Shown here: positions 1 through 8,737 of the stretch, piece after piece | Layout: every line of letters begins with the position of its first letter | How positions within the stretch are numbered: the stretch's first letter is position 1 | Notes under the pieces: generated by a model | The model's input: the letters and a program-made list of their open reading frames with translations, nothing else | Told to the model about the DNA's origin: nothing | Databases searched by the model: none | NCBI GenBank assembly: GCA_050950765.1 | Contig: JBMNIF010000002.1 | Location: forward strand, 256,001 to 320,000 | Reading direction: 5' to 3' | DNA from: Bdellovibrionota bacterium | GTDB lineage: Bacteria; Bdellovibrionota_C; UBA2361; JAAYZI01 | Length of the DNA: 64,000 nt | Program-made: the position numbers and the translations under genes

Positions 1-335
1 GATAAGAGCTTTTTTCTATTATCAGCAGGAGTACAAGGGTCTCCTGCATATCTAGCAGAAAGAAGCCCTGGTGCACCATTTAAAGCAGCGACCTCTAAGC
101 CTGTATCATCAGCGATAGCAGGTAAGCCACTCCATTTAGAGATAGCATCAGCCTTTAGTTTGGCATTCCCTTCATAAGTATCTGCTGTCTCTTCTACATC
201 AGGCGGATTCTGCAATCCTCGTTGCACAAGATCTAGAGGTGATAAGACCTTAATATTAAATCTTGTCGCTATCGCCTGCATCTCTTCAAGTTTACCTTTA
301 TTAGCAGTTGCAAATACAAACTCTTTTTCAGCCAT
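1..335 (-). CDS. rdgB: Non-canonical purine NTP pyrophosphatase RdgB/HAM1 (3' part runs off window start)
   Basis: Hand translation from ATG at 335: MAEKEFVFATANKGKLEE...VEETADTYEGNAKLKA...AIADDTGLEVAALNGAPGLLSARYAG, classic Ham1 motifs; absent from the ORF track. Confidence 0.92.
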   Translation of the reverse strand, partial: MAEKEFVFATANKGKLEEMQAIATRFNIKVLSPLDLVQRGLQNPPDVEETADTYEGNAKLKADAISKWSGLPAIADDTGLEVAALNGAPGLLSARYAGDPCTPADNRKKLL

Positions 336-415
336 ACAACCTCAACAACTTTTTAGCGTTCTTTACCCTAACCACCACTAATTTGGAGCACCTCTTTTAT
401 GTAACTATAATAATC

Positions 416-1321
416 CTAAAGTTCTTTGACTCTCTCATCTTTAGAGAAGATCGAAGAAAAACGTACACCACAATAGATCACCAGAAAGGTAATCCCCAGT
501 GCCAACCAAGCTTCCGGCTGTCCGACCACAAAATAACGTTCCCCCGCACCGGCAGGAATGGAGATAGAATCACTTATCTTGGCAGTATACTTCACCAACT
601 TCATTCCGATAATAAAACCGGAATGTAACCCCACACATAAAGCAAAGGACTTTGTCTTATGAATTGTGTAACACAAAAGTAACCCGATACTGACCATTCC
701 AAAGTATGGAGCTAAAAAACCTGGTTGCAGCATCCGCAAACAAACCTCTTTGAGATACACAAATCCAGCCCAAAAAGAGAACTCCTCATAAACAAAACTT
801 TTAACAGGGGTGATAAAATGCACAACACCGTACACCATAGCAGAGATTAAAGCGGCTACTATTACATTAAAGCGTTGCTTCAGACGATTAAAGAAGAGGA
901 CTCTAAAAAAACCTTCTTCAAGAAGTGAGATTAAAATAGCGCTCCCAAAAACCCCTAACATTTTTAAAATAAAGTGTGCATTGACGCTCTCTATGGTTCG
1001 CACCATTTTTCCATTATGTAAAACGCACGCCAATGCTACGGCAACAAGGGTAGAAGTTATAACAGTTCCTAAAAGTAGCCGCGTTATTTTTAATTTTAAG
1101 TTTGCCTTTGAAAAATACCCTTCAAAACCGGAAAATTGAAATTCTTTTCTATAAATAAGGACAAAAAGCGCCAGCACAACCATAGCAACTCTGTCGAAGA
1201 CACGTGAAAAGGGATAGCCAAAATCAGGATAAACACTACAAATCAGAGAAAAAACTGGCGGGGTAAGTAAGGCACTAAAAAAGAAAGTCCCCACGATTAA
1301 AATAAATAACAGTTGAACCAT
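416..1321 (-). CDS. CPBP/Abi family intramembrane glutamic endopeptidase
   Basis: Multi-TM protein with LEEGFFR, YGVVHF and GLHSGF motifs. Confidence 0.85.
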   Translation of the reverse strand: MVQLLFILIVGTFFFSALLTPPVFSLICSVYPDFGYPFSRVFDRVAMVVLALFVLIYRKEFQFSGFEGYFSKANLKLKITRLLLGTVITSTLVAVALACVLHNGKMVRTIESVNAHFILKMLGVFGSAILISLLEEGFFRVLFFNRLKQRFNVIVAALISAMVYGVVHFITPVKSFVYEEFSFWAGFVYLKEVCLRMLQPGFLAPYFGMVSIGLLLCYTIHKTKSFALCVGLHSGFIIGMKLVKYTAKISDSISIPAGAGERYFVVGQPEAWLALGITFLVIYCGVRFSSIFSKDERVKEL

Positions 1322-1705
1322 GTAAAAATCCTTTTGTCAGAAATGAAAATAAAAGGGATAAAAAGCTTCTGTTCAAAACAGGGCTTACCTTTTACTGATT
1401 AAGCGCACACCTTCTCCTGTCTCTAAGAATTCAGAGAACCCCTCGCCTATAAAAAGACGCACCAACCCTTTCCGTACCAACGGTCTCAAAATAATGGGAA
1501 AGATACCATTGAAACTTATAGAAAGATTACGACCAGCTTCCAAAGATCATGGTAAGCACCATTATGCTGACGCAAAGAAAAGCTGTTACTTCAAAAACAC
1601 CCATATCAAAATCTTCCTTAAAGTGACATCCAAAGACACCAAAAGTTACTTATAATTGATATTTTCAAATCAGTAAATAGGGCTAGTAGCTAACATATTG
1701 ATTTA

Positions 1706-1755
1706 ATTAAAAAGAGGGTATCAATAGAAACTTTTAAAATCTCTACTGATACCCT
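1706..1755 (-). terminator. Probable intrinsic terminator downstream of sigma factor gene
   Basis: AGGGTATCAATAGA...TCTACTGATACCCT inverted repeat (13/14), followed by a T-run on the minus strand. Confidence 0.6.
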
Positions 1756-1787
1756 TAACCGGGAAAGATAGAAAAAACTGTTACGCT

Positions 1788-2663
1788 TTAAGCTGCTGCT
1801 TGTGCTTGAACGGCAGCAGATCTGGCAGCACGCACCTGTAAAATTTTTTGTGAGCGGGGTTTTCTACGATGAATCTGACGACATTCCAAGATATCACTAT
1901 CATCTTCACCCTCTAAAGGTTTGAAATTCTCTTGAAATATAAGACACATCTCGCGCTGCAATGTTTCTAAAGCTTTTCTTTTCACCCTTGAAATATGGCA
2001 TCGGCTATAACCGAGAGAAACCGCTATATCGATCAGCCTTCGTCCTTGAATGTAGAGTTGAAAAATTACTTCCTGCTCCAACTTATCTAACTTTTTACAA
2101 ACTGAAGTGCTGACCTTTACTAACTCTTTTTTTAATAAAATCTGATCTGGAGTTTCGTTTTCTTTACCGGAAAGTGACTCAACAGCATCAATGGCATCAA
2201 TGACACCTAATGCTCCTCCATATTTACTACTATTATAAAATCTCTCTTCTTCGTTATTTAAAATCGAAATAATATTTCCGTTAGCTGCACCAGAGATACT
2301 TCTTATCAAATTTCCTCGCAGATGATAGAAAAGAAAAGTTATAAAACAAGCTCCCTTAGCAGGATCGAAGCGTGAAACAGCTTCGCATAAAGATAGATCC
2401 ACCACACTATGAAGTTCATCATCATCTAATCTGGAATGCCATTTTTTAAGTATGCTACGCGCTAACTTACGTGCCTTTAAACGATACTCCAAAACCATTT
2501 TTTTGTTTTCGTGCGTTGTCCTTATTCCACAAAGTCCATTTAAAACAGCAACCTTTTTATTTGTCTTAGCCACACTACTTAAGCGCTCGGCATCAGCCAT
2601 TGTCATCTTCAACTTACAACTTTTGACTTCTGACATTACTTCCCCAACTTGCAGCACAACCAC
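1788..2663 (-). CDS. Sigma-70 family, FliA/WhiG-like alternative sigma factor
   Basis: Region 2 (LCEAVSRFDPAKGACFITFLFYHLRG) and region 4 HTH (LDKLEQEVIFQLYIQGRRLIDIAVSLGYSRCHISRVKRKAL). Confidence 0.85.
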   Translation of the reverse strand: MVVLQVGEVMSEVKSCKLKMTMADAERLSSVAKTNKKVAVLNGLCGIRTTHENKKMVLEYRLKARKLARSILKKWHSRLDDDELHSVVDLSLCEAVSRFDPAKGACFITFLFYHLRGNLIRSISGAANGNIISILNNEEERFYNSSKYGGALGVIDAIDAVESLSGKENETPDQILLKKELVKVSTSVCKKLDKLEQEVIFQLYIQGRRLIDIAVSLGYSRCHISRVKRKALETLQREMCLIFQENFKPLEGEDDSDILECRQIHRRKPRSQKILQVRAARSAAVQAQAAA

Positions 2664-2676
2664 TTAAAAACTATTT

Positions 2677-2958
2677 TTAATGATCTTCAAGCTGATAAGC
2701 TCTGATTACATCCTCAACGCCTGTCACAACATCAAGGCAATACGCTTGAATCATCAAACGTGAGTTTGATTCCATAATGCGATCACACTCTTGTAATATG
2801 GGCGCAATTTTACTGGCGATCTCTGCTCTTAAAATTTTAGCAATAGGATTCTTAACAGCAGAAGCTTCGGACCCAACAACTTCCAACTCTTCCATACGAC
2901 CCTCACAAAAAAAACCAAACACATCCTCTACTCTGTCAAAATAAAAAGTTCGCTTCAT
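2677..2958 (-). CDS. Small hypothetical protein co-transcribed with sigma factor (start may be ATG 2895)
   Basis: ORF 13 bp upstream of the sigma gene on the same strand; no recognised motif. Confidence 0.5.
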   Translation of the reverse strand: MKRTFYFDRVEDVFGFFCEGRMEELEVVGSEASAVKNPIAKILRAEIASKIAPILQECDRIMESNSRLMIQAYCLDVVTGVEDVIRAYQLEDH

Positions 2959-3095
2959 TATTTTTATAAATATTTGCTAACTACCTATAAATAGTTGTTA
3001 TTTTATTGATAATTTTTGCTCCTTTTTGAAGCGTTGTAACATCTACTTTAATTGTTACTAGAATTAGCCAGCTAAGGCTAAGAACAGGTTAGATT

Positions 3096-3890
3096 ATGGG
3101 AAAAGAAGAAGATACGCAGGAAACAGTCCTCTCCATTGAAGAGGCAAATGACTTAATCCTTGAACATCGTGGCTGGGCAGAGAGTATTGCTAAGTCTGTC
3201 GCCCGTTCTTGGAATCTGGATTGGCAGTTAGATGGATTGGATGGTGCTGCTATGGAGGCACTTATTTTTTGTGCACGTAGATTTGATCCTGCTCGGGGTG
3301 TGCCCTTTAAAGGTTATGCTAGAAAACGTATTCATGAAGCAGCGACAGAAGCCTCTCGTCGTTCAAAAGGTTGGCGACGCGGAGGAAATACTTCCGCTCG
3401 CACAGAACGTTTAGCGCGTGAGGTATCCGTAGAGCTCTTTAACATCTTCCCTGAGTTACATGCGGGGCTACTCCCCTATGCTGGAGATGAAGATGCAGAT
3501 CAAGATACTCGCATCGCCTTACAAAGATTATTGATAGGAGCTTCTGTTATCGCCACGAAACAAGGGATTGAAGCAGCCTTGCCGGATGATGCCCTTGATT
3601 TTAAACGCATGATAGAATCGATCTGTTCTATGGAGCCATTACATCAAACGTTAATCTGGAAAGTATATTGGGAAGGATTTTCATTGCGGAGTGTAGCTGG
3701 AGAGTGGGAAACTGATGAACTAAATGTTATCCGTGAACATAAAGTTATTCTGGATTATCTGCAGAAATTTTTTGGCAAGGGGCGGAATACAAAGTGTCCA
3801 AGGATAAGACCTGGATTAAGGGAGGTTGCGGTAAAATTAAAACGACAAGATAATATGGTAGATTTCAGCCAAATAATGACAAAGGAGTAA
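3096..3890 (+). CDS. Divergent sigma-70 (FliA-like) factor
   Basis: Region 2 (AMEALIFCARRFDPARGVPFKGYARKRI) and a degenerate region 4 (MEPLHQTLIWKVYWEGFSLRSVA). Confidence 0.75.
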   Translation: MGKEEDTQETVLSIEEANDLILEHRGWAESIAKSVARSWNLDWQLDGLDGAAMEALIFCARRFDPARGVPFKGYARKRIHEAATEASRRSKGWRRGGNTSARTERLAREVSVELFNIFPELHAGLLPYAGDEDADQDTRIALQRLLIGASVIATKQGIEAALPDDALDFKRMIESICSMEPLHQTLIWKVYWEGFSLRSVAGEWETDELNVIREHKVILDYLQKFFGKGRNTKCPRIRPGLREVAVKLKRQDNMVDFSQIMTKE

Positions 3891-3896
3891 ACCACG

Positions 3897-4250
3897 ATGT
3901 CCAAGAACTCTAAAGATAAAAGCTCAAAAGTAACGGGAATCAAAGCCCCACGTGTCCCCACTGCCATTGAACAACTCAGTGGAGTTTCAAGTGTTGAAAA
4001 AACGCAGAAAACTTCTGCTATCTCTGCTGTTCACGGACTAAGTGGCACATCTAGAACACATTCTATAAACTCCATTACGGCTGCTAATCGAGAGGTGCTT
4101 CACAAAATGGTTCATGAAGAGGCTGATAAACTTTTCGGGAAGACTCAAACACCGAGTCAGAAACGTGAGGTTATTGAGAAAGCAGTTAAGATGGCGATTG
4201 ATGCAGTTGCTATCGAAGAGGAAAACGATTCTTCCTCCAAAAAGAGCTGA
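3897..4250 (+). CDS. Small hypothetical protein, S/T/K-rich N-terminus, helical C-terminus (possible anti-sigma)
   Basis: 6 bp after the sigma gene, with a GGAG RBS. Confidence 0.6.
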   Translation: MSKNSKDKSSKVTGIKAPRVPTAIEQLSGVSSVEKTQKTSAISAVHGLSGTSRTHSINSITAANREVLHKMVHEEADKLFGKTQTPSQKREVIEKAVKMAIDAVAIEEENDSSSKKS

Positions 4251-4270
4251 TATAATTTTAAAGCAACTTG

Positions 4271-4309
4271 AGATAGAGCTCTATCTTTAAGAGCAACGCC
4301 GTCGCTCTT
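4271..4309. terminator. Hairpins between convergent genes
   Basis: Perfect 16-bp palindrome AGATAGAGCTCTATCT, then the stem-loop AAGAGCAAC-GCC-GTCGCTCTT. Confidence 0.45.
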
Positions 4310-4323
4310 GAACAAAGCACAAC

Positions 4324-4785
4324 TTATGCGCGCGACTGATAACGGGCTAGCTGCATCCGATGAAAACGGAGCGCATTAGGCGACTCGATGCTGCCACTCT
4401 CTATCTTATCACTTACCTCCCCCAGATAGGTACCAGCAGCGTTGTAGTCACCATTCGATAACAGACTAGCTACAAAGAAAAGAATAACTTCAATTGAATC
4501 AGGACTTAAACGATAGGCCTGATTTGCCGCTTGCAACGCTAAATCATTATTACCATTTTGCAAATATATACAGGTCAATCCCATCCAAGATGGAGCGAAA
4601 TCAGGCGCAACATTAACTAACCCTAACAAGATCGCTTCAGCACGATGCACATCTCCGTTCTCAAGACAGAACCTACCCAATTCGTAAATACTCACCACCT
4701 CCTGCGCTGAATATCCCCCTCGCTTTGTACAGTTTTGCAGATATTTTTCACGATAGATCTCTCTGGTATTACGTCTAAAGTTCAC
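4324..4785 (-). CDS. TPR protein, SycD/LcrH- or YscY-like T3SS chaperone
   Basis: YSAQEVVSIYELGRFCLENGDVHRAEAILLGLVNVAPDFAPSWMGL TPR pattern; GTG 4785 overlaps the upstream TGA; T3SS context. Confidence 0.65.
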   Translation of the reverse strand: MNFRRNTREIYREKYLQNCTKRGGYSAQEVVSIYELGRFCLENGDVHRAEAILLGLVNVAPDFAPSWMGLTCIYLQNGNNDLALQAANQAYRLSPDSIEVILFFVASLLSNGDYNAAGTYLGEVSDKIESGSIESPNALRFHRMQLARYQSRA

Positions 4786-5039
4786 TTTTTCCCCTCTATA
4801 CTGATAGACAACCAATCAAGCACATGCTTAAGCATCGCCTCTTCTGCTAATATTTTTCTGTAATCATCAGAATCAACGGCACCAGCGAAACCCTTCTTCA
4901 TCAGATTTACTTTTTCATACCGTGCAAACATAGAGTTCGACATCTGTTCAAGATCGCTGACAGAACCCAAAACAGGAAGAAGTGCAAGAAAGGGAGATAT
5001 CGAAAAGTTATCCGGCGCTGAATATTTTGATTTTTCCAT
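4782..5039 (-). CDS. Small hypothetical protein coupled to TPR chaperone
   Basis: 85 aa; GTGA stop/start overlap with the TPR gene. Confidence 0.55.
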   Translation of the reverse strand: MEKSKYSAPDNFSISPFLALLPVLGSVSDLEQMSNSMFARYEKVNLMKKGFAGAVDSDDYRKILAEEAMLKHVLDWLSISIEGKK

Positions 5040-5145
5040 AACAACTACTTACATAAAGGTAGGACAAGCAAAGTTTATTTTAACAACCATTTTATATTTC
5101 TGCCAATCCTAAATAATATCTAAACAAACAGGATAAAATACGCGC

Positions 5146-5772
5146 CTACTCCATCTCTCGTTCCAACTCCTCTCTGGACATCCTATTTTTAAATAAAAAG
5201 AGATACTTTGCACCTAGTAAAGAAGCGCATACTAAACACAACGCTAAAGTAGCAAGAATAGGTAAAGCGCTTTGCATTAAATGGGACGGAATAAAAATTC
5301 CTGTTTCCGCTCGAGTAGTGAGCATCTTTTTTATAATGCCGACACCTACTAAAAAAACTCCGTATGTTACACCACAAAGGCACACGATTTCTAAACAATC
5401 TCTAATAAACAGCCGCAAAATCTCTGTTAAAGAAAATGTTTTTTCAAAAGGATTGACTCTCTGCATTGTCGGCACAATAAAGTTAAGGCGAAAAAGAAAC
5501 TTTACTTGAAACAATATAGACAATATTACAGAAAAAAATACTACTAACGCCGGAAATAACAATAATTCAACAAAAGTCCAAACCTTCTCTCTTGCAGCCG
5601 TTAAGGTGTTTGGAGGTGAAAATATCTGCATTAAATCTCCACGGATCCAAAAAAAATATCCGCACAGTGCCATAAAAATAAGGCAAGTAGTAGCAAAGTG
5701 AGAATAAGAAGTGATTCCACTTTCCCTTAAATTTTCAAGTTTTCTCTCTGTGGGCCATTCTTCTTTAAGCAT
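5146..5772 (-). CDS. SctU/FlhB-family export protein, membrane domain only
   Basis: EEWPTERKLENLRESG N-terminus, QRVNPF motif, 4 TM segments; ends at KNRMSREELEREME with no NPTH domain. Confidence 0.8.
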   Translation of the reverse strand: MLKEEWPTERKLENLRESGITSYSHFATTCLIFMALCGYFFWIRGDLMQIFSPPNTLTAAREKVWTFVELLLFPALVVFFSVILSILFQVKFLFRLNFIVPTMQRVNPFEKTFSLTEILRLFIRDCLEIVCLCGVTYGVFLVGVGIIKKMLTTRAETGIFIPSHLMQSALPILATLALCLVCASLLGAKYLFLFKNRMSREELEREME

Positions 5773-5784
5773 CTGCCACCTATT

Positions 5785-6408
5785 TTACTGATCGGACGTA
5801 ATATTTTTCTGCACAATTTCTGTAAAGCGTTCCGAATTCGGAGCTAAATTTTCTACAAAAAATGTTGCTATCGTATGGATAAACACCGTTAACAATAAAC
5901 AGACGAGTGTTGGACGCAACGCCGTAAAAGGTACAAACACTCGACTACGTAAAGCTCTACTAATCCACAAAAAAGGTAACTCAACTAACCAAAGCAAAAA
6001 GATAATACCTAAAGCCACAACAGATCCACACAAGCAAGCGCCATTTATTATTGCTATCAAGATTAACAATTGTTGTGGAAAAGTTGCAGCTGCTAAGGCT
6101 GCCTCTACAAAAGTAAGCGCCATATCGGAAGAAAACGCAAAATAGCAAGCACCACCAAAGATAACAGTGTGCAAGATCTGTTTATTACCGTTCTCCCAAG
6201 TAATATTATCTAAGAGAAGAGCGGTAACATAAGCAGAGAAAGGAACTGCTGCTAAAAATGTCATAAGTAATATGTAGCTACAAAGCGATAAGTCGATAGA
6301 CAATGCACTAAAAAAAACGCACCCTGCAAATACTATGGCTAACAGTCCGCTCCACCAACCTGAGCACATAATAGAGAATAATAAGAATATAGCAGCACAA
6401 AATATCAT
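5785..6408 (-). CDS. Divergent SctT/FliR-like export membrane protein
   Basis: Multi-TM; lies between SctS and SctU; C-terminal VFVPFTALRPTLVCLLL resembles the FliR C-terminus. Confidence 0.55.
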   Translation of the reverse strand: MIFCAAIFLLFSIMCSGWWSGLLAIVFAGCVFFSALSIDLSLCSYILLMTFLAAVPFSAYVTALLLDNITWENGNKQILHTVIFGGACYFAFSSDMALTFVEAALAAATFPQQLLILIAIINGACLCGSVVALGIIFLLWLVELPFLWISRALRSRVFVPFTALRPTLVCLLLTVFIHTIATFFVENLAPNSERFTEIVQKNITSDQ

Positions 6409-6422
6409 TACTTAAACACTTT

Positions 6423-6662
6423 TTAACTCAAGCTCTTTGTCGCCAAATCCATAATCCAACTTACAACAGGGCTACACAAAAAATATAAGATTACCAAAAC
6501 AGTGATAAGTCGTAGTGCATAACTCGCACTTTGCTCTTGAACACTCGTGGCTGCCATTAAGGTTGAGGCGATAGTACCAACTAAAAGAACACCGATTATT
6601 AACGGGAAATTTATTAAGAAAAGTATCCTCAAAGCTTCCTGAATCAATTCATGAACTTCCAT
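6423..6662 (-). CDS. SctS/FliQ export protein
   Basis: PLIIGVLLVGTIASTLMAATSVQEQSASYALRL matches the FliQ QAxTQxQEQTL pattern. Confidence 0.85.
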   Translation of the reverse strand: MEVHELIQEALRILFLINFPLIIGVLLVGTIASTLMAATSVQEQSASYALRLITVLVILYFLCSPVVSWIMDLATKSLS

Positions 6663-6677
6663 AAGCCCCTCTTTCGT

Positions 6678-7313
6678 TTAGAGATAACCTGAGATTAATT
6701 TTTCTGAAAGTAACTGCCAACCATCAATGGCAAAAAAGAGTAAGACTTTCAGAGGTAGCGCCACAAAGTTATGTTGTATATTGGTAGCCCCTAACAGCAA
6801 CAAAACATTAGCCACAATCAGATCAAGCACAAAGAAAGGGATTAGTAACAAGAAACCGATCTTAAAAGCTTCTTTTACTTCTGTAAAAAGATAACTCGTC
6901 ACTAGGACAGCAAAGGTAGTATCAGAAGTAAGGGTTACCTCTGCTGTTCCTCCGCTTTGATCTGTAACCTCCGAGCCTTTTACGCCCTTTAATTTTTTTG
7001 CCAACTCGGTAAAACGTTCTAACGTTTTTGGCTCCGTATACTTTGTAAGAATTGGAGAGTATTTCTGATCCATTTCTGAAATACTTTTTAAAGGGGTAGT
7101 AAACAACTTCTCCAAACCACCAACGCCTTCAAGTTGCGGCGCAAGGATCATCATAGAGAGAGCAAAAGAGATAATGACCAATACTAACCCCACTCCGCTA
7201 CCATAAAACCCCAAGCCATAACGTAAAATGCTAAATGTCGTTACGCACTTGACGAAGGCACTAAAAAAGAAGATGACGATGATAGCTATAAGATACGGTT
7301 GTAGTGTTTCCAT
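6678..7313 (-). CDS. SctR/FliP export protein
   Basis: FVKCVTTFSILRYGLG; TEVKEAFKIGFLLLIPFFVLDLIVANVLL; LPLKVLLFFAIDGW; no FliP signal peptide, which is SctR-like. Confidence 0.9.
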   Translation of the reverse strand: METLQPYLIAIIVIFFFSAFVKCVTTFSILRYGLGFYGSGVGLVLVIISFALSMMILAPQLEGVGGLEKLFTTPLKSISEMDQKYSPILTKYTEPKTLERFTELAKKLKGVKGSEVTDQSGGTAEVTLTSDTTFAVLVTSYLFTEVKEAFKIGFLLLIPFFVLDLIVANVLLLLGATNIQHNFVALPLKVLLFFAIDGWQLLSEKLISGYL

Positions 7314-7445
7314 GAAATGGGATTATAGAAAAGATGATCCTAGTTTGACCAGTCCTAATATCGACACTCTTCAACAATAAAAATGCACCTAATTATGTTT
7401 TAATATACCTGACAACGAAGCAGGCTCCTGCTTCATATTAGAACT

Positions 7446-8474
7446 TTAACAGACGCTAATAACTAAGCTCCCTTGATAGGAGCGTAAAATAGCCTCTCCC
7501 ACTTTTTCGTTATTAACCACAATGGAAACCTTATCACTAACACGGATATTCGTATCAAAGGATGCTCCAACCTGTGCGACTTCAGCAGTCATCCCCGGTA
7601 CAAGTTGTGTTATACCGAATTCAAACGAAAGTTTCGTAGCACCTGCAGGTATTTTAACGGACGGAGGTGTTGTCGCCACAGTTTCTACTACAAAATTATT
7701 ATTAACGATCCCTAAGCGTGCTGGTAACCACGCCTTGTCATTAGCAATTAACGTTACGGAATCAGAAACTGGTATCTCAATATCATAAAAGACACCCGAC
7801 TTTAAGTATTCAGATAACATGGCAGGTGGTACAGTCAGATGCCCCACCTCTACTCTAACATTTGTTGGAGCAATTTTCGTCCCGATAGTTGAATGCAGCT
7901 GCCTACGCCACAATCCATCCATTTTCTCGAGCATAATCTTGCCCATCGTGATCCAGATAGTGATAGGTGTGCCGTTTACGTTTAACTGTAATTTAACGCC
8001 TCCGATCCCCCTGACAGAATGCGGATCTATATCGGATTCGAACTTGACAAGAGAAGACTCCGGCCCCGTCCATGATAACGCCAAACTTGAGATAAGGCGC
8101 ATCGCCAAATACTCCAAAACAACCTCCCTTGCTTTATTGCGAGCTCCAAGGATGATCATTTCAAGTAATGCCACAGCTGAATCATCTTCTAAAAAAACAC
8201 ACATCGGTTCATCATCGATCGATCCAGTAAAACCGTATTGAAAATTATGATTGCCACCGATAAAAGGTTTTGTCTCGACTAGAGAAAACTCCACTCCTAG
8301 TGAATGCGCTAATGGCTGCCACTGCATAGCAAAACCTGGAAACCATTTTTCTGGAGAACACCGCAAAAAACCGCAGGAATAACGCACCTCCAACGGATCA
8401 TATCTCCGCAGCAGCTTATTCGGCTTCCATGGATTCAATTTAACTTGATTATTACCCTGCGCACTATCTTGCAA
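7446..8474 (-). CDS. SctQ/FliM-like C-ring protein with SPOA-like C-terminal domains
   Basis: C-terminal KVSIVVNNEKVGEAILRSYQGSLVISV resembles SpoA; directly upstream of sctR. Confidence 0.6.
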   Translation of the reverse strand: MQDSAQGNNQVKLNPWKPNKLLRRYDPLEVRYSCGFLRCSPEKWFPGFAMQWQPLAHSLGVEFSLVETKPFIGGNHNFQYGFTGSIDDEPMCVFLEDDSAVALLEMIILGARNKAREVVLEYLAMRLISSLALSWTGPESSLVKFESDIDPHSVRGIGGVKLQLNVNGTPITIWITMGKIMLEKMDGLWRRQLHSTIGTKIAPTNVRVEVGHLTVPPAMLSEYLKSGVFYDIEIPVSDSVTLIANDKAWLPARLGIVNNNFVVETVATTPPSVKIPAGATKLSFEFGITQLVPGMTAEVAQVGASFDTNIRVSDKVSIVVNNEKVGEAILRSYQGSLVISVC

Positions 8475-8491
8475 TTTTTAAATCCCTTTTA

Positions 8492-8722
8492 CTATTCTAG
8501 CTCACTAAGAGCTGCCCTTAACGCCGTCCCGATAAAAACCATTCGCAATTCTGGCGACTGCGCCGCCAGATCCAAAGCCGCTTTTTGTAAAACTTCACCA
8601 TTAACAGTATCGCTTTTTAAATAAACCGCCGCCTCACGTCCGTCCAGCAAAACAGCCACAGCAACTAAAGCACGTTGTTTAGCTGGCAAAGCCCTGAACC
8701 GTTTTGCATCCGTATAATCCAT
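8492..8722 (-). CDS. Small helical protein between SctJ and SctQ (SctK position; weak FliG-N resemblance)
   Basis: 76 aa with RBS; LPAKQRALVAVAVLLDGREAAVYLK. Confidence 0.55.
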   Translation of the reverse strand: MDYTDAKRFRALPAKQRALVAVAVLLDGREAAVYLKSDTVNGEVLQKAALDLAAQSPELRMVFIGTALRAALSELE

Positions 8723-8737
8723 AGGATAAATCCTTTA

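Noticed and set aside
308..1139. Plus-strand ORFs at 308 and 810, and the many other short antisense or nested ORFs in the track
   Set aside because: Shadows of well-supported genes on the other strand or frame; no motifs
6423..7313. Calling these genes flagellar fliP/fliQ
   Set aside because: The SctJ-type lipoprotein context, lack of a FliP signal peptide and lack of fliO/flhA favour a non-flagellar system; symbols withheld pending phylogeny
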